64,000 nt of DNA from Marsupella aquatica. Lineage: Eukaryota; Plantae; Marchantiophyta. Of this stretch, positions 60,921 through 64,000 are shown piece after piece. Under the pieces are notes generated by a model. That model was not told where the DNA came from and made no database searches. It saw only the letters and a program-made list of their open reading frames with translations. How positions within the stretch are numbered: position 1 is the first letter of the stretch; every line of letters begins with the position of its first letter. The stretch lies in contig OZ316894.1 of assembly GCA_973895155.1 (NCBI GenBank), forward strand, positions 21,175,867 to 21,239,866. Reading direction: 5' to 3'. The position numbers and the translations under genes are program-made.

Positions 60921-61265
60921 TGTTGAGCATAGCCTACATTCGTAACGGCAAGCCCGTGAACCATCAAACGCATAAGAGTCGACACACAGAGATACGTGGT
61001 TCACCTCCACTTGAGGCTACGTCCACGGGAACACACAAGAGCTTTATTGCACTCTAGGCCGACCGGTCATACCAAACATCCACAGCAGAAGCTCTCCCTA
61101 TCTCTCAACTAGCTCCGTAACAATGAGCCTAACTTCCACCCAGGGTTTGGCATCAGCCCTGGCTATATATACAACAGCACTACCGTTAACATTAACTAAG
61201 TTCTAACTCGAGTTAGACTAACTGTGGTTAGCTCATGAGTCACAAGACTAGAGCAATATCTAACA
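60921..61265 (-). mobile_element. Solo LTR of the same Copia family, TSD ACATG
   Basis: Diverged reverse complement of the 344-bp LTR; ACATG at 60916-60920 and 61266-61270. Confidence 0.95.
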
Positions 61266-62699
61266 ACATGCACATCAAAGTATGATATATACGGGCATAA
61301 GATATCATTCCATACCATGATAAATCTTGTTGTGCACACCGGACATTACCACGTTTTGATGTGTGATTACCGGCAGGGGAACTCAGGTTCCCACTCAAAC
61401 CAAACCCTGCCACAAAATTTGGAATAGACTATTTTATAAGTGCATGGGGTATCATCCATGCACTTTGGGTTGATTGGGGAACCTGGCTTTCTGCACTCAA
61501 CCCAAAGCCGGCCACAAAATTTCCTAAGAGGGGAGCAAAAACAGGTGAGGGTTAGAATTTATAGAGTGAAAGAAAAAATTATTGGTTTGAAATCCAAAGT
61601 CTACTTGTTGCAGGTTGTGCATAGAGTTGTATCTCAATGGTCAAAACTTCTGGCTCTCAGAGTCAGGTCCTAAGGCCAAATCCAGAGTAGTAACTTTAGG
61701 CTTTTGTGCCTTGAAAAAGAACTAAATAACCCTTTGGAGGGTAGGAAATTGTGATGGGAATGCAGGTTTAATAATTTACGTGCATAGTCCACACTATCTA
61801 ATAAGTGCCTGGGAATTGCTTATGCACTTCCGTGTTGCATTGTTTCCCACACAACTGACTCCTCATACCTGCCCAAGCCCTCATATTGCATGATTCAACT
61901 GGATAAGTGCATGAAACCACTTTATGTAGTTGTTTGTTGCACTTATCAATAAATCCTTCTTATGTATGCATTGCCCTACTGATAAATGCACGTGTTAAAA
62001 TCGGAAATGTACCCATATATTTATTGTTTAGTGCAAACATTTTGTTTTTTAGTAAGGGTCAATCTGCACTTATGCAATTTGCATTTTTTGGTGCATTTAC
62101 AAAGGAAATCACTCTTAAATATGAGCGGACTACAGCACTATCCACGCTGCTCGATCACTGTAGACACTGGCACTCAATATCTAGGGACATCATCTAAGGG
62201 GGCCTTTACAAGGACTCAGCGGCAGTTTTCTTATTTTTCTGTGTGAGAGATGTAATCCTAGCTTCAAATGTGGGAACAGGACAGACTTTACATGAACTTC
62301 GGGGAGCAATCAGGCAAAACCAGTACCGATCCTAATCACTTGTGGGTCACTTGTGGGTCAATTGTGGGACCCTTGTTAAAAACATTGCTGTAAAGAATTA
62401 TTCTTGCTCTTTTAAAGACATCAATGGGGACACAGGGCATCAATGTTAAGACAGCTCTCAATTTCTTTATCCTTCAGGTTATATCAAATACCTCTTTTAA
62501 GTCTCTATGCAGGAATCGTAACCATCCATGGACCAATGTAAAACAGTCATTTCAGTGAGATTTGACTGTGGTTGAATCAGTTAATGCTTGGCTGTATGCA
62601 GCGCAGGAGAGACTGGTGGGTGACTAAGGTCTTTCCATTCACTCCCATTTTCAACCCCTAGCCCAGCTCCTTGCAACACCATTCAAAGTATACCATTTC

Positions 62700-63720
62700 A
62701 ACACTTCAGCTATCTCACCCTCTTTGCAACAAAGAAGGTACCCCTACTCCCTTTGGTGGTTCATTATATCCATTCACCCCCTATTGCCTTCTTACAAAGG
62801 GGAACAGTCCATCCGAAGTGTAGCTTCCTCTGGGGTCTATTCGCCCCCTTTCAAACCAACCCCCCATTCCTCTGGGCTGTGTTCCATTCGCACCCCTTCA
62901 GGCCAACCCCCATTTCGCAACCCACTCCCAAGATTGTCGAGAAAATTGCGGCTGTTTGTTGTTTGTAGTTTTGGGGGTCACCCTTGAGCAAATAGCCAAA
63001 CTGGGAGGCAGCAAGCGCCTTCCCCTTCCGAGTTCCACCCCCAGTCTGACCAGCAGGCTCGGTTTCAACTTCTCCTTCCCAGTTCCACCCCCAGTCTGAC
63101 CGGTGGGCTCGGTTTCAATGAATCTGTTACCTGCAGCAGCCTGTTTTGTGATTATGCACGTTGGGCTGTTATGTTGCTTCGACGACTCTTTGCAAACAAA
63201 TGTCCCTTCCAATGTCTCTTCCTACTCCCCTGTCTGACGACCCTTAGAAGGAGTGGCAGTGGCAGCAGATGACGAAGCCATTACTGGTAAATCACGTCTA
63301 GTCCAAGCCCTTGTTCGGCAGTCGAGCATGATTCTCATCAAACTTACAGCCTCAAAGTCCCAAAGGTCTGGGAGGAAGAATTTCTCAAATTCGACCCCTT
63401 CTAATACCAATCAATTCAGAGACTGCGGGAGCGAGCAATTGGGGACCTGCCAGCAAAGCGAATTTGGGGTGCTGCGCAATCTGGCAGCGTACACTTCCGT
63501 TGTCTCGCCCCCTTTGCATCAATAGGTTTTTAACCCCTACCCACTTCTTGCAAAGAGGAGGACAGTCCATCTGAAGTGAGGTGTACCCTTCCTTGTCGCA
63601 CCCTCTTTGCAACAACAGGTGTTCCCCCTTCCTTCTTCTTGCACAGGGGGAGAGGTGAGGTGTACCCTTCCTACTCTTCCGGTGTCTCAACCTCTTTGCA
63701 ACAATGGGAAAGGGGCCGAA
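62700..63720 (-). repeat. Degenerate repeat/TE remnant with internal duplications
   Basis: cagtccatc.gaagtg block at ~62805 and ~63562; agttccacccccagtctgacc...ggctcggtttcaa twice at 63030-63120. No recognisable domain. Confidence 0.35.
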
Positions 63721-64000
63721 TGGAAATCACATATGGGAATCACATCTAAGGTGCAAGCCCTTGCGTGGACAGGATGCAAGGTCATCATTCTGGTACACAA
63801 AGGTTTTACTAGGTTAGCTTTCTGCTCGACAGTTACCAATCTAAAACACATCTAAAACACGTTCAGTATCCTGGGTCGTGTGTGATTCATGTGAAGTAGT
63901 TTTCTGTGTTTCGTGTTGATGATCGTAAATGTTGAGATTGTGAAGTGAAGGACTTACGCCAGCTATTCTACTTACCTCGACTTTCCTTCACTACGCACAT

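Overview
Eukaryotic nuclear DNA from a land plant that probably has flagellated sperm: it carries a rotatin homologue, and its compact, short-intron genes suggest a bryophyte or lycophyte, though the taxon cannot be fixed from this window. Six protein genes are present: GnT-II (partial, -), a PHD+BAH chromatin protein (-), a conserved uncharacterised plant protein (+), rotatin (-), an AVT6/SLC38-like amino-acid transporter (-) and a hydroxyproline O-arabinosyltransferase (-). Mobile DNA includes a full-length but stop-riddled Ty1/Copia element (344-bp LTRs, CAATA TSD), a solo LTR of the same family and a cluster of nested MITEs. The main observations are three. (1) Two neighbouring genes (transporter and HPAT) each contain a pair of tandemly duplicated, equal-length, intact exons that look mutually exclusively spliced and swap a functionally central segment, which is rare in plants. 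(2) Two unannotated intronic H/ACA snoRNAs have guide pockets that match conserved 18S/25S rRNA sites with canonical 14-nt spacing. (3) A ~0.8-0.9 kb uORF-exon + telo-box repeat + snoRNA module occurs twice, in inverted orientation, in the 5' leaders of two convergent genes. Exon boundaries and homologies were read by eye and from memory; no database search was run.
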